Shown here: positions 49,298-58,499 of the stretch, one piece after another
Layout: each line of letters opens with the position of its first letter
How positions within the stretch are numbered: position 1 is the first letter of the stretch
Assembly (NCBI GenBank): GCA_049322655.1
Contig: JBMORP010000006.1
Span: forward strand, 384,410 to 448,409
DNA length: 64,000 nt
From: Patescibacteria group bacterium
Lineage (GTDB): Bacteria; Patescibacteriota; Microgenomatia; UBA1400; PJMF01
Direction of reading: 5' to 3'
Position numbers and translations under genes: made by a program
The notes under the pieces: generated by a model
Databases searched by the model: none
Seen by the model: only the letters and a program-made list of their open reading frames with translations
What the model was told of the DNA's origin: nothing

Positions 49298-50356
49298 CTA
49301 ATACCTAGGCATAAATATCTTAGCATTTTCTTTAGTAATAATCACACTAGCAAAACCACGCTCAACAATAATTCTAACTGCTTTACGAACAGCTCCCTGC
49401 AAAGTTCTTTGTAAAGTACGAATACCCATATCATAGCCCAAAGGACGAGTAATCATCTGCCAGACATCTTCACGAATCTCAAATTGTTCAGCACGAAGAC
49501 CAGCATCTTTAAGTAGTTTAGGCAAAATATATTTTTTAGCGATTTGAATTTTTTCGTGATCAGTATAAGAAGGCATGGTAATCTTTTCCATACGATCCAT
49601 CACGGCCGTTGCAATTTTAGTAGTGTTGTTAGCTGTGGCTAAGAAAATGGCATGACTTAAATTAACCGGATAATCAACATAAGTATCAGTAAAAGCATGA
49701 TTTTGCGCAGGATCTAGTAACTCCACCAACACCCCCATCAAATCCATATTAGCCTCTTCTGCCCCACGATCAATTTCGTCAAGTAAAATAACTGGGTTTC
49801 TCACTCCCACCTCACAAATCCCTTTAATCACTCTGCCTGGCTCAGAACCAAGTAACAACCGAGAATTTCCCCGTAACTCTTTAGCTGAACCCATTCCACC
49901 AAATGGAATACGTACCAACTTTCTACCCAAAGCTTCAGAAAGTGAATAAGCAAAAGTGGTTTTACCAGTACCCACCAAACCAACTAATAACAAAATTGGT
50001 GCTTTAAAATCATCATCTGGAGATTGAGTTTGGCGCAAATTTAAAACAGAAATGTACTCCAAAAAACGATCTTTAACTTCCTGCATACCATAATGGTGCT
50101 TATCAAAAACTTCTTTGGCTTTCTGGATATTAGTCGTATCTTGAGTTTCTTCGGTCCATGGAATCTTCAATACCCAATTAACATACCTCGAGACTTTTTC
50201 GTATTTTTCGTCATAACTACCCAATTCAATACTTCGCTCCAAAGCAATAATCTCTTTTTCTACTTTGGAACGCATTTCGTCAGGTAAAGTCGATTGATTA
50301 GTCTTATCTCTAAGATCTTGAATCTCTTGCTGGAGAACTTGCTTATAATCAGTCAT
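49298..50356 (-). CDS. Lon-type AAA+ ATPase module lacking N-terminal and protease domains
   Basis: W...IPW, HYGMQEVKDRFLEY, Walker A GLVGTGKT, Walker B ILLDEID, TANN, DRME, GIRTLQR; ends after the alpha-helical subdomain. Confidence 0.88.
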   Translation of the reverse strand: MTDYKQVLQQEIQDLRDKTNQSTLPDEMRSKVEKEIIALERSIELGSYDEKYEKVSRYVNWVLKIPWTEETQDTTNIQKAKEVFDKHHYGMQEVKDRFLEYISVLNLRQTQSPDDDFKAPILLLVGLVGTGKTTFAYSLSEALGRKLVRIPFGGMGSAKELRGNSRLLLGSEPGRVIKGICEVGVRNPVILLDEIDRGAEEANMDLMGVLVELLDPAQNHAFTDTYVDYPVNLSHAIFLATANNTTKIATAVMDRMEKITMPSYTDHEKIQIAKKYILPKLLKDAGLRAEQFEIREDVWQMITRPLGYDMGIRTLQRTLQGAVRKAVRIIVERGFASVIITKENAKIFMPRY

Positions 50357-50372
50357 GGGCAGTACCACCTAT

Positions 50373-50966
50373 TTAATCTTCTATTTGTTGGGTTGGTTCC
50401 TCAACAGTTATTTCCTTTGGCTCTTGAATAGCAGGTAATAATTGTTGAGAAACTAAGCCCAAACCCATAAGAAACAAGCCACCAACTACCATGAGGAAAG
50501 TGTTTTCAATCCCACCGGCAACCGGTAGGGTTGTTTGTGTGCTTTCGGTCGCTCCACCGATGCCATACGTAGTGGTAGTAGTCGTAGTGGTGGTAGAAGA
50601 AGTGCTTTCAGATGTGCCACTATCAACCAAAATAACATAGTTTAATGTTTCCAAATTAGAAGCTACTCCCAACATATGGGCCCCATCTGCCAAAGCAGTC
50701 AAAGGGGTATAAGACCAATTTCCACTGGCATCAGCCAACACTGCTACAGTGAGGTCATCAATCGAAATATCAACAGTCGCTTCTGGTGAAGCTACACCAA
50801 TAATGGTGGGAGTGGTATCAGTGGTGTTGACATTAACTGATGAACCGACAGTAGTTCCACCAACACTAGTCACACTCAAAGTAGCTGCCACAACCAAACC
50901 CTTTGCCACAAACAAAAGAGTGACACTAATCAAAAAAACAACCAATAAACGATTAAATATATTCAT
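50373..50966 (-). CDS. Secreted bacterial Ig-like domain protein with LPVAG motif plus TM anchor
   Basis: Signal peptide, DTTPTI.G...ADASGNWSYTP...L.DG.H, Ser/Thr linker, LPVAG then hydrophobic helix. Confidence 0.75.
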   Translation of the reverse strand: MNIFNRLLVVFLISVTLLFVAKGLVVAATLSVTSVGGTTVGSSVNVNTTDTTPTIIGVASPEATVDISIDDLTVAVLADASGNWSYTPLTALADGAHMLGVASNLETLNYVILVDSGTSESTSSTTTTTTTTTYGIGGATESTQTTLPVAGGIENTFLMVVGGLFLMGLGLVSQQLLPAIQEPKEITVEEPTQQIED

Positions 50967-51042
50967 GATTCGTCTTAAGGTAACACTATAACCTATATCA
51001 ATTATTCAAAACAACCGTTCATTTTATATCACCGAACCTAAA

Positions 51043-51981
51043 CTAAAAAAATGAGTGGTCATTACCTTTAATTCTGTCTCGTTCTAACAAGCCAGTTTGT
51101 GCTCCATAATACCTAATTACTGATCCAGCATTTCTCACTCCCCATTCAATAGAAGTTCTAGGATGAAGATTGAGAAATTGACCTGCTACATAACCAGTGG
51201 CAAAAGCATCTCCTGCGCCTGTGTCATCAACTGATTTACTTTGGGCACCAAAAAACTTCAACTCTTTTTTACCATGCAAATAAACTTCACCGCCTTCAGC
51301 TCCCTTAGTTACAATGATTTGGGGAATTTCTTCAATTAACTGTGATTGGTAGTCTTTCACCATTGCCCACTCTTTTTCATTCACAAATAAAATTAGGCAT
51401 GTCATTTCTTCAACTTTAATTTTTCCTTCAGCAATCAAAGCTAATTCTCCTTTGCCAGGATTCCATGACATTCGTAAGTCAGGATTAATCTTTACCAATG
51501 AAAAAATCTTTTTTAAAGTTTCCAAATTACCAGCAATACTAGAAAGATGCACCCATCTTGATTCGGTCAACCAAAAATGAGGAATATCAAATGGATCTAG
51601 CATTGAAGCAGCCCCACGATGAACCATCACTGTTCTACGCCCAGTCTGATCAACTAAAATTACTGAGCCACCAGTTCTTTCTCTTTTTTCTCTGACGATT
51701 AGCTGAGTATCAACTCTTTCCTTTTGGAGATTGTGAACAATCACTTCAGCAAAATCATCTTTACCAGTTTCACTAACCAAAGCTGCTTTAAAACCAAGTC
51801 TAGAAAAACCAACAGCAGTATTAGCGGCCCCGCCACCAACTTTAACCACAAAACTCTCCATTTCAACTTTATCACCTTGCAAAATAAATTGATTTTCACC
51901 TTCCAAGTTTTTTACCAAAAACTTATCAGAATGAATAAACATATCCACAAGTGAAGAACCAATTGAAATAAAATCGTACAT
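51043..51981 (-). CDS. PfkB/ribokinase family kinase
   Basis: GGGAANTAVGFSRLG, VNEKE, TKGAEG, DDTGAGDAF. Confidence 0.92.
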   Translation of the reverse strand: MYDFISIGSSLVDMFIHSDKFLVKNLEGENQFILQGDKVEMESFVVKVGGGAANTAVGFSRLGFKAALVSETGKDDFAEVIVHNLQKERVDTQLIVREKRERTGGSVILVDQTGRRTVMVHRGAASMLDPFDIPHFWLTESRWVHLSSIAGNLETLKKIFSLVKINPDLRMSWNPGKGELALIAEGKIKVEEMTCLILFVNEKEWAMVKDYQSQLIEEIPQIIVTKGAEGGEVYLHGKKELKFFGAQSKSVDDTGAGDAFATGYVAGQFLNLHPRTSIEWGVRNAGSVIRYYGAQTGLLERDRIKGNDHSFF

Positions 51982-51993
51982 ACTGAAACTAGT

Positions 51994-52629
51994 TTACTCT
52001 GTTTCTTCCTCGCTGGGCAACCGACAACGAGTGGCGAGCTCTGTTTCAAACTCATTCAAGGCTGCAATTAACTCATCTTCATCACGAACTATTTTATAAA
52101 CTTCATGCTCTTTTTCACCAATAAAAAAATACTCACCCATAACTCTCATTACTTCATGCCAAAAATCTCCGTAGAGAATTAAAGGTTTATGGTTGCCATA
52201 GTACAAATGACCCAACAACCAAGCCGTCGCCCACTCACTCAACGTACCAGTTCCACCCTGCACACAAATAAAGGCATCAGACTCATCCATCAAACCAAAC
52301 ATTCTTTCAATATAGTTGGTAGCTTTAATTTCTTTATCAACTTTATTACCCCCATCAACTCCTTCAAACTCTGGCATATCAACCGGATTGAGGGTAACCG
52401 CCACAGTATCACCACCAACCGACTCTGCCCCCAAAGTAGCAGCAAGCATTGTTCCTGGGCCACCACCATTCACCACCGTCTTACCGTTATAAGCCAAAAA
52501 CCTGGCTATCTTAAATACTTCTTGAAAAAGAGGATGCTTTTCATCAACATCAGCACTGCCAAAAATAGCTACTTTTTTGATATTACAAGACTCTTTGATG
52601 CTGGGAATAGTAATTTGAGTTTTAGTCAT
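51994..52629 (-). CDS. LOG family nucleotide phosphoribohydrolase
   Basis: VAIFGSA, GGGPGTM.A, GGTGTLSE. Confidence 0.88.
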   Translation of the reverse strand: MTKTQITIPSIKESCNIKKVAIFGSADVDEKHPLFQEVFKIARFLAYNGKTVVNGGGPGTMLAATLGAESVGGDTVAVTLNPVDMPEFEGVDGGNKVDKEIKATNYIERMFGLMDESDAFICVQGGTGTLSEWATAWLLGHLYYGNHKPLILYGDFWHEVMRVMGEYFFIGEKEHEVYKIVRDEDELIAALNEFETELATRCRLPSEEETE

Positions 52630-52655
52630 AATCGCTCATGGTAGCAAATTTTTGC

Positions 52656-53339
52656 TTAATCACCCATCTGCAAATAAATCCTGTATTGCTGACAAAAATC
52701 GTCAGCCTGCCATAAAGTACTACCAATTGCGAAAGAAGAAATTCCCAAATCAATAAATTGATCAATATTAGCTTCTGTTACACCACCATCAAAAATTACC
52801 TCTAGTGATAAACCATCTCTGTTAGTTACAGTTGGTTGACTAAAAAAGTCAGTTAATTTGGTAAAAATTGTAGAATTGAGCTTTTGACCTTGAAAACCAG
52901 CTTCAATACCCATGAACTGAATAAAATCTAGTTTGTTTAAAATGCCTTCATCTAATGAATCTACTGGTGTAAAGATATCCAATGATAAACCAACTTTAAA
53001 ACCCATTTTTTTTACATCTTCAACAAAGTCGTGTTGATAAGTCATTTTTTCAATTTGGGCAATAATTGCTCTAATTGGTAAGTGCTCCATCGCTGCCTCG
53101 ATTTCTGCCATCATATCCATTGGTTCTTCCACCATTAAATGTAAATCTAACTGCAAATCGCCAAAATCTACCTCTAACAAACTTTGAGGCGTGACAGTGA
53201 GATTATCAGCAAAAAACCCATCAATAATATCCAGCTGTAAAACCTCAACATCTGGACAATCTTTGGCCAGATCTACTTGTTTCTGCACTTCTTCGATTGA
53301 GTCAGTTAAGATTGAAGGATAAATTGTTATTGAACTCAT
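52656..53339 (-). CDS. rpe: Ribulose-phosphate 3-epimerase
   Basis: PSIL, QLDIIDG.F..N, DLHLMV, GFQGQ, FDGGV. Confidence 0.85.
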   Translation of the reverse strand: MSSITIYPSILTDSIEEVQKQVDLAKDCPDVEVLQLDIIDGFFADNLTVTPQSLLEVDFGDLQLDLHLMVEEPMDMMAEIEAAMEHLPIRAIIAQIEKMTYQHDFVEDVKKMGFKVGLSLDIFTPVDSLDEGILNKLDFIQFMGIEAGFQGQKLNSTIFTKLTDFFSQPTVTNRDGLSLEVIFDGGVTEANIDQFIDLGISSFAIGSTLWQADDFCQQYRIYLQMGD

Positions 53340-53342
53340 AAG

Positions 53343-53795
53343 TTAACGTCTTTCTTCATATTCATGAATTTGCTTAATTCTTCTTTGATGTCTGGCTGCC
53401 CCAGAAAACTCTGTTTCCAAAAAAGTAATTACGATTTTTTTGGCCTTTTCTTCTGAAGAAACAAAGTCAGCACCAAGTACTAAAATTTGAGCATTATTGT
53501 GTTCACGAGCATGTTTGGCTGATACCTCATCACTAGCTGCCACTGCTCTAGCCCCTCTAACTTTATTGGCGGCAATTGCTACACCACCTCCTGATCTACA
53601 TAAAAGTAGGCCAAAAGTACCTTGATTAGCAACTGTTTTTTCTGCCACTGAGAAAGCCACTTCTGGGTAATCATCACTAGGATCCAAAAAAAAGGCTCCG
53701 CAATCCTCAACTTGGTAGCTCTGTTTTCCTAACCAAGTTATTAAAGTTTCTTTTAGGGCAAAGCCACCATGATCTGCACCAATGAAAATTGTCAT
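53343..53795 (-). CDS. rpiB: Ribose-5-phosphate isomerase B
   Basis: GADHGGF.LKE, DDYP, CRSG.G..IAANK, AREHNNA, RH.RR. Confidence 0.92.
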   Translation of the reverse strand: MTIFIGADHGGFALKETLITWLGKQSYQVEDCGAFFLDPSDDYPEVAFSVAEKTVANQGTFGLLLCRSGGGVAIAANKVRGARAVAASDEVSAKHAREHNNAQILVLGADFVSSEEKAKKIVITFLETEFSGAARHQRRIKQIHEYEERR

Positions 53796-53808
53796 GTTTT
53801 CTTTCAGG

Positions 53809-54120
53809 TTAGAGACCTAACTCCAATCTTGTTTCTTCAGACATCATATCAGGAACCCATGGTGGATCAAAAGTCAGAACTATCTCTAAATCTTGCTCAA
53901 CATCTTCAATTACTCCAAATAAACTTTGACGCACCATATCATCAATTAAAGGAGCTAATGGACAACCAGGAGTAGTTAAAGTCATGGTAATTTTAACTTT
54001 GTTTTTCGGCAAGATCTCAACTTTATAAATCAAACCCAAACTAACAATATCAACCTGAAGCTCAGGATCAAGCACAGTGGAAAGAGCAGCTAAAACTTTT
54101 TCTTGAGTTAATTGTTTCAT
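53809..54120 (-). CDS. DUF59/SufT-like Fe-S assembly factor
   Basis: DPEL..DIVSLGLIY, MTLTTPGCP, FDPPW. Confidence 0.9.
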   Translation of the reverse strand: MKQLTQEKVLAALSTVLDPELQVDIVSLGLIYKVEILPKNKVKITMTLTTPGCPLAPLIDDMVRQSLFGVIEDVEQDLEIVLTFDPPWVPDMMSEETRLELGL

Positions 54121-54178
54121 ACTAAGTTATAACCTTGATTATACTGTGAAATTATAAAAAACCAGTGTTAGAGCTCAC

Positions 54179-54225
54179 AAAAAAACCTTCCCTCGTTGAG
54201 ATTTAATTCCCAACGAGGGAAGGCT
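54179..54225 (-). terminator. Intrinsic terminator after the 67-aa gene
   Basis: CCTTCCCTCGTTG...CAACGAGGGAAGG then T-run on the minus strand. Confidence 0.75.
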
Positions 54226-54244
54226 TAGTTTACACGCTTAAAGC

Positions 54245-54448
54245 CTAGTTTTTTTTCAAAACTGGCATTCCGGTGCGCTTGGTCTCTACTACACTGTAAC
54301 CAGCTGGTACAGCATCTAAAGAACCAGCACGGACATCACGAGCAAAGAAATAAATTCTTTGAACGCGGCCATTCTTCAAGGTTACCTCACGAGTGTGAAG
54401 GTAGTAGGTTTGACCCTTGGAGTTTGTGTAACTGTAGGCATCTGCCAT
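54245..54448 (-). CDS. Small basic hypothetical protein
   Basis: 67 aa, SD AAGGAG, own terminator; YTNSKGQTYYLH...IYFFA...TGMPVLKK. Confidence 0.8.
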   Translation of the reverse strand: MADAYSYTNSKGQTYYLHTREVTLKNGRVQRIYFFARDVRAGSLDAVPAGYSVVETKRTGMPVLKKN

Positions 54449-54545
54449 AGTTTGCTCCTTTTTTTTCGACCCGAGTACTCTCGAGGTCTGTAACTACTTA
54501 ATAAAGCCTAACATACTTGGCATCTTTATCAAGACGCAGTTCTAG

Positions 54546-55049
54546 TTATTTCTGTTCTCCAACCACACCTGTTAAAACTATTTCCTCAAGTTGAGTATCA
54601 TCAGTCATTTCTTTACTGACTACTACTTCAAATGGAAGAGTTTCAGCACTCAAAGCAGCTGAACCAACATAACCACCTTTTAGGTATTCCAAAACCAAAG
54701 CTTTTCTTTTACCCTCTCCACCAACTTCTTTCAACCAAACCTGGTAAAAACCAGCTTCAAGTTTTGGTAAAACAGCAGTGATAGTAAAAGAAACTCTTTT
54801 TTCATCAACTTCATAACGAACTTCACCTAAGTTAGTTTCTTCGCCTTCTAGGTTGGCTGTTTGGTAATCCTTGGCTCCTTTAAGTAAATCAGAAGCTTGA
54901 GCTGGATCTAAGTTCTCGATCTTAACCCCATCACTTAATAAAGAAGTCAAACCTTCACGTTGAGTTCTTAGGTTGTACCAACGAAATAATAAAAAAAGGA
55001 CAAATAAAAGCGCTACAGCGGGAAAAATATATGGATAAAATTTTTTCAT
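54546..55049 (-). CDS. Membrane-anchored protein, anti-sigma-K (RskA) C-terminal-like domain
   Basis: N-terminal TM, LP.LE.GFYQVWL, VVVSKE. Confidence 0.5.
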   Translation of the reverse strand: MKKFYPYIFPAVALLFVLFLLFRWYNLRTQREGLTSLLSDGVKIENLDPAQASDLLKGAKDYQTANLEGEETNLGEVRYEVDEKRVSFTITAVLPKLEAGFYQVWLKEVGGEGKRKALVLEYLKGGYVGSAALSAETLPFEVVVSKEMTDDTQLEEIVLTGVVGEQK

Positions 55050-55196
55050 AAAAGCCCCTCCAAGGCTTCAAACATGTTGTTAAAGCTCAACAAAAAAAAC
55101 ATTGTTGAGAGGCAGGAAGAGTGAGCAAACTTTCTCAAAAGTGTTTGCACCACTTTGATAGTATTCTGCATGAGAAAACCCCAGAGTCAATATCAC

Positions 55197-55475
55197 TTAT
55201 TCAGAAACTATGGGCCAAACTTGTTTGCCAGTTTCGTTATCAGTCACAATAATCGCTGCTGTAGGACAACTCTGAGCAGCCAATAATTTGGTTTCATCAT
55301 CATTGCCAGTCTGAGAAATAATCACCGCAATCTGCTCTTCATCTAACTCAAAAACTCCAGGAGCAATCGCTACACAAGTAGCGGCACTAATACACTTTTC
55401 ACGAATTACCTTAACCGTATATTTACCAACTTGCTTCGTCAAATTGCCATTAGCATCTGGTTGAACATCACTCAT
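55197..55475 (-). CDS. Single-cluster ferredoxin (probably 3Fe-4S)
   Basis: CISAATC..IAP.VFEL...AAQSCPTAAI. Confidence 0.88.
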   Translation of the reverse strand: MSDVQPDANGNLTKQVGKYTVKVIREKCISAATCVAIAPGVFELDEEQIAVIISQTGNDDETKLLAAQSCPTAAIIVTDNETGKQVWPIVSE

Positions 55476-55567
55476 ATTTTCCCTTCTTAAATTATAACTA
55501 ACCTAGTTTGCAAAAATAACTTGAGCTAGAATGGTTAGCACTACTTAGCTCATCATGTAATATTTTC

Positions 55568-57190
55568 ATGTCTAATTCAATCATTAAATTTTTTAAAAAA
55601 CTAACCAAAGCAATTAACTTAAGCAAAATTTTACTTATTTCAATTGTCATTTTGGGGTTATTCTTGAGGTGGCAGAAAATTGATCAACTAGTCTGGGAAC
55701 AAGAAGGCAATGATGAAAGCCGAGACATGTTAGTGGCTGAACACATTGTTAACTACCAAGAAGAAGTCTTGAGGGGACCACTTGCTGCTGGTGGGTTAGA
55801 TTGGTTACTCAATTCACCACTCTACTTCTATCTAATTGCTGCTATTTGGAGTATTACTAAAGACCCCTTAGCCTTAATGAAAGTGTGGGCTACTCTGATG
55901 AGCCTAATTCCATTAATTGGTTACTATATCGGTAAAGAAATAAAAAACAACCAACTCGGTTTAATCATTGCCCTGATGCTCGCTATCAACATTGAGCTAA
56001 TTCATGAAAGTAAACAACTTCTCCAACCCTTTCTACTACCTTTCTTCTCAACCCTTTTTTTATGGAGTTTACTAAAAATTGAACAGCAAATAAATTATTT
56101 TTATCTGTCTGCAGCAATCTTTTTTTTATTGGTTCAACTCCATTTCCACTATGGAGTTTTGTTGATTTTACCAGCTGGCTTAATTCTGCTTGGTAACTAT
56201 TGGCTAAAATTACTTAAAAGAGACTGCTCATTAATCAACTTAGCAGTTCCTTTTTTAACCGCCAGTTCAATCGGTGTGTTATGGTTGTTACTCACCTTCA
56301 GAGAAACGGTTGGTGATCAGTTCGGTTTCTTTTTACTAAACTACAGTGAAAAAAGTGACTCGATCTTCACCAAACTTCAAGAAATCGGCATGGGCATTGT
56401 ACAAATGACTTTCTCTTGGGAAGTGCTTTTTTTAGCTGTTCCTACGTTGATTACACTCCTGACTGCGGCCTTTTTTATTAAAGATAAACAAATCGATAAA
56501 ACAATTAAAACCATTTCTTTACTAGCTGGTTCTGTTCTATTGATGATATTTTCCAATGGAGCTATTGCTAATACCTACTTACTAGCAACCTTGCCTTATT
56601 TTATTATTTTGATTTCGATTGGTCTTTATAAATTAATTCAGTTAAATTCCTTACTAGGCTTAATTTTTTTGATCATCATACCAATCAAGATTTATGGGCT
56701 CAATCAATATTTAACTAGGAGCCTGATCCCTGAAACATCTTTTTATAAACAAAAAGAAATAGTCGCACAACAAATCTATGATGACTATTTTCAAACAAAT
56801 CAATATAAACAACCCAACTTTGCTCTTGCTTCAATTAACTTTGAACTACCTTTTGATGGTTGGGGAACAACAGCTTTCTGGTTCCATTTAGAAAAAATGA
56901 CCAATAAAAAACTAACAACCCTTGTTAATTATGGGGTAAATGTTAAACCACTAGTCAATAAAGCTGACAAAATCTACTTAGTTTGTGAGCTAAGAAATAG
57001 TATTAAAAAAAATGAGACAAAAGAAAAATGTCTTAATTTATTTATCAGAGCTAGAAACTACTTAGAACCAGGTCATCCTACTCTAATTTTCGACTCCCCT
57101 AACTACGCAGTTTGGCGCTTTGAGATTATTGAGGGAACATATCAAAAAAACTACAACTCTGTTTATCCTAAGGCTTTGAGATTTTATTAG
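55568..57190 (+). CDS. Polytopic GT-C fold glycosyltransferase (ArnT/PMT-like)
   Basis: LR after TM1, DESRD, GP, P..FYL, many TM helices. Confidence 0.7.
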   Translation: MSNSIIKFFKKLTKAINLSKILLISIVILGLFLRWQKIDQLVWEQEGNDESRDMLVAEHIVNYQEEVLRGPLAAGGLDWLLNSPLYFYLIAAIWSITKDPLALMKVWATLMSLIPLIGYYIGKEIKNNQLGLIIALMLAINIELIHESKQLLQPFLLPFFSTLFLWSLLKIEQQINYFYLSAAIFFLLVQLHFHYGVLLILPAGLILLGNYWLKLLKRDCSLINLAVPFLTASSIGVLWLLLTFRETVGDQFGFFLLNYSEKSDSIFTKLQEIGMGIVQMTFSWEVLFLAVPTLITLLTAAFFIKDKQIDKTIKTISLLAGSVLLMIFSNGAIANTYLLATLPYFIILISIGLYKLIQLNSLLGLIFLIIIPIKIYGLNQYLTRSLIPETSFYKQKEIVAQQIYDDYFQTNQYKQPNFALASINFELPFDGWGTTAFWFHLEKMTNKKLTTLVNYGVNVKPLVNKADKIYLVCELRNSIKKNETKEKCLNLFIRARNYLEPGHPTLIFDSPNYAVWRFEIIEGTYQKNYNSVYPKALRFY

Positions 57191-57912
57191 TAAAATTTTT
57201 CGTGATGAATAAACTGCCCACTTACACCTCGGCTGGTTAAGACTTTTTTAACATCCTCAATCATCGCTGTGCTGCCACATAAGTAGTAACCAGCCTGCTC
57301 TGGTAAATCATGAACACTCAAACAATCAGTCACATGGCCACGACAAAGAGGCCACTCTTGTCTGGCTTGAGACAAAACTGGGTGAAAACTAAAATTAGCA
57401 AAAGTCTGAGCATAATCTTGAAATTCGTCCTGCCAAATTAAGTTCTCTTCATGACGAAGTCCCCAATATAAAATAATTTTTCTTTGATCACCTTTATTTT
57501 TTAGCAAATCAATAATCATGCTTCTCATGGGTGCAACACCAGAGCCAGTTGCAATAAAAACAATTTCATTTTCTAGTTCTCCTGGTTGAATAATAAACTC
57601 ACCCATTGGTCCCAAAACTTGAACTTCATCACCAAACTTTAAGTTTTCAAAAAAAGTCACCCCCAAACCAGCCGGTACAACATCAACCGTGATCTCAAAA
57701 CCATGATCGATATCAGGCGGACTAGAAATAGAGTAAGATCTTCTTTCTCCTGTGTCAGAAACTAAAAAAGACACATACTGACCAGCTTTAAAAACAAATT
57801 GGTTGGGTGCTACCAGCTCAAATCGATAAGTAGTAAATTTTTCATTTAAAACTATTTTATCGGCTAATTTAGCTTTATATAATTGAGGAGTTGTCAGTTG
57901 TTTTTCAATCAT
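57187..57912 (-). CDS. FAD/NAD(P)-binding oxidoreductase (ferredoxin-reductase family)
   Basis: FKAGQY, RRSYSISS, GPMG.F, IATGSGVAP, YLCG, EKFY. Confidence 0.9.
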   Translation of the reverse strand: MIEKQLTTPQLYKAKLADKIVLNEKFTTYRFELVAPNQFVFKAGQYVSFLVSDTGERRSYSISSPPDIDHGFEITVDVVPAGLGVTFFENLKFGDEVQVLGPMGEFIIQPGELENEIVFIATGSGVAPMRSMIIDLLKNKGDQRKIILYWGLRHEENLIWQDEFQDYAQTFANFSFHPVLSQARQEWPLCRGHVTDCLSVHDLPEQAGYYLCGSTAMIEDVKKVLTSRGVSGQFIHHEKFY

Positions 57913-57929
57913 TAATTAATCTTTCAAAT

Positions 57930-58496
57930 TTATTTATTTTCTTTAAAAAGTTGCTGAGCCTTATTTCTACCATACCAAATTCCCAAAGCCAACTTAATAA
58001 TACCTTGATATTCCTCAGTTCGATCAACAAACCCATCAGTTAAAATACCAATTAAACCTTGTTCTTGCTTGATTTTGTTCCTGTTTTTTTCACCAATAAT
58101 TTCTGCCACAGCATGACCCATTTCTATCTTATTTCTAATTAAATTAGCCACTGAATCAGGTACCTTAAACCTAGCCCCAGCCGATAAGCTCAAAAAACCT
58201 TGTTGATCAATCACTGCTGCCCAAACGGTCGACCACATTTCATTGCCTAGATCCACAATACCTCCCTCCATACCAACACCCAAACACTCACCTTGATAAT
58301 TTTTTAATCCTGCAGTTAAAGCCGCCTGAGCGCGATTAATTGCTCCTTGTCTAGTCTCTTCATCACTCATTGGTTGAGCTGAAACGCCACTCTCAACTGC
58401 AAAACCTTCAGCTTCAGCGTCTGGCCAAGTTTCAATCGCGGCAGTTAAACCCGCATTAACTTTAACTGGATTAGTAGAACCGACAAAAATCTTCAC
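57930..58496 (-). CDS. Inosine/xanthosine triphosphatase (YjjX/DUF84)
   Basis: VGSTNPVK, SGVSAQP.S.EET..GA.NRA, GMEGG, GLIGILT. Confidence 0.88.
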   Translation of the reverse strand: MKIFVGSTNPVKVNAGLTAAIETWPDAEAEGFAVESGVSAQPMSDEETRQGAINRAQAALTAGLKNYQGECLGVGMEGGIVDLGNEMWSTVWAAVIDQQGFLSLSAGARFKVPDSVANLIRNKIEMGHAVAEIIGEKNRNKIKQEQGLIGILTDGFVDRTEEYQGIIKLALGIWYGRNKAQQLFKENK

Positions 58497-58499
58497 TCG

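Noticed and set aside
50570-50600. Short GTA/GTG triplet repeat
   Set aside because: Simply encodes the poly-Thr linker of the Ig-like protein
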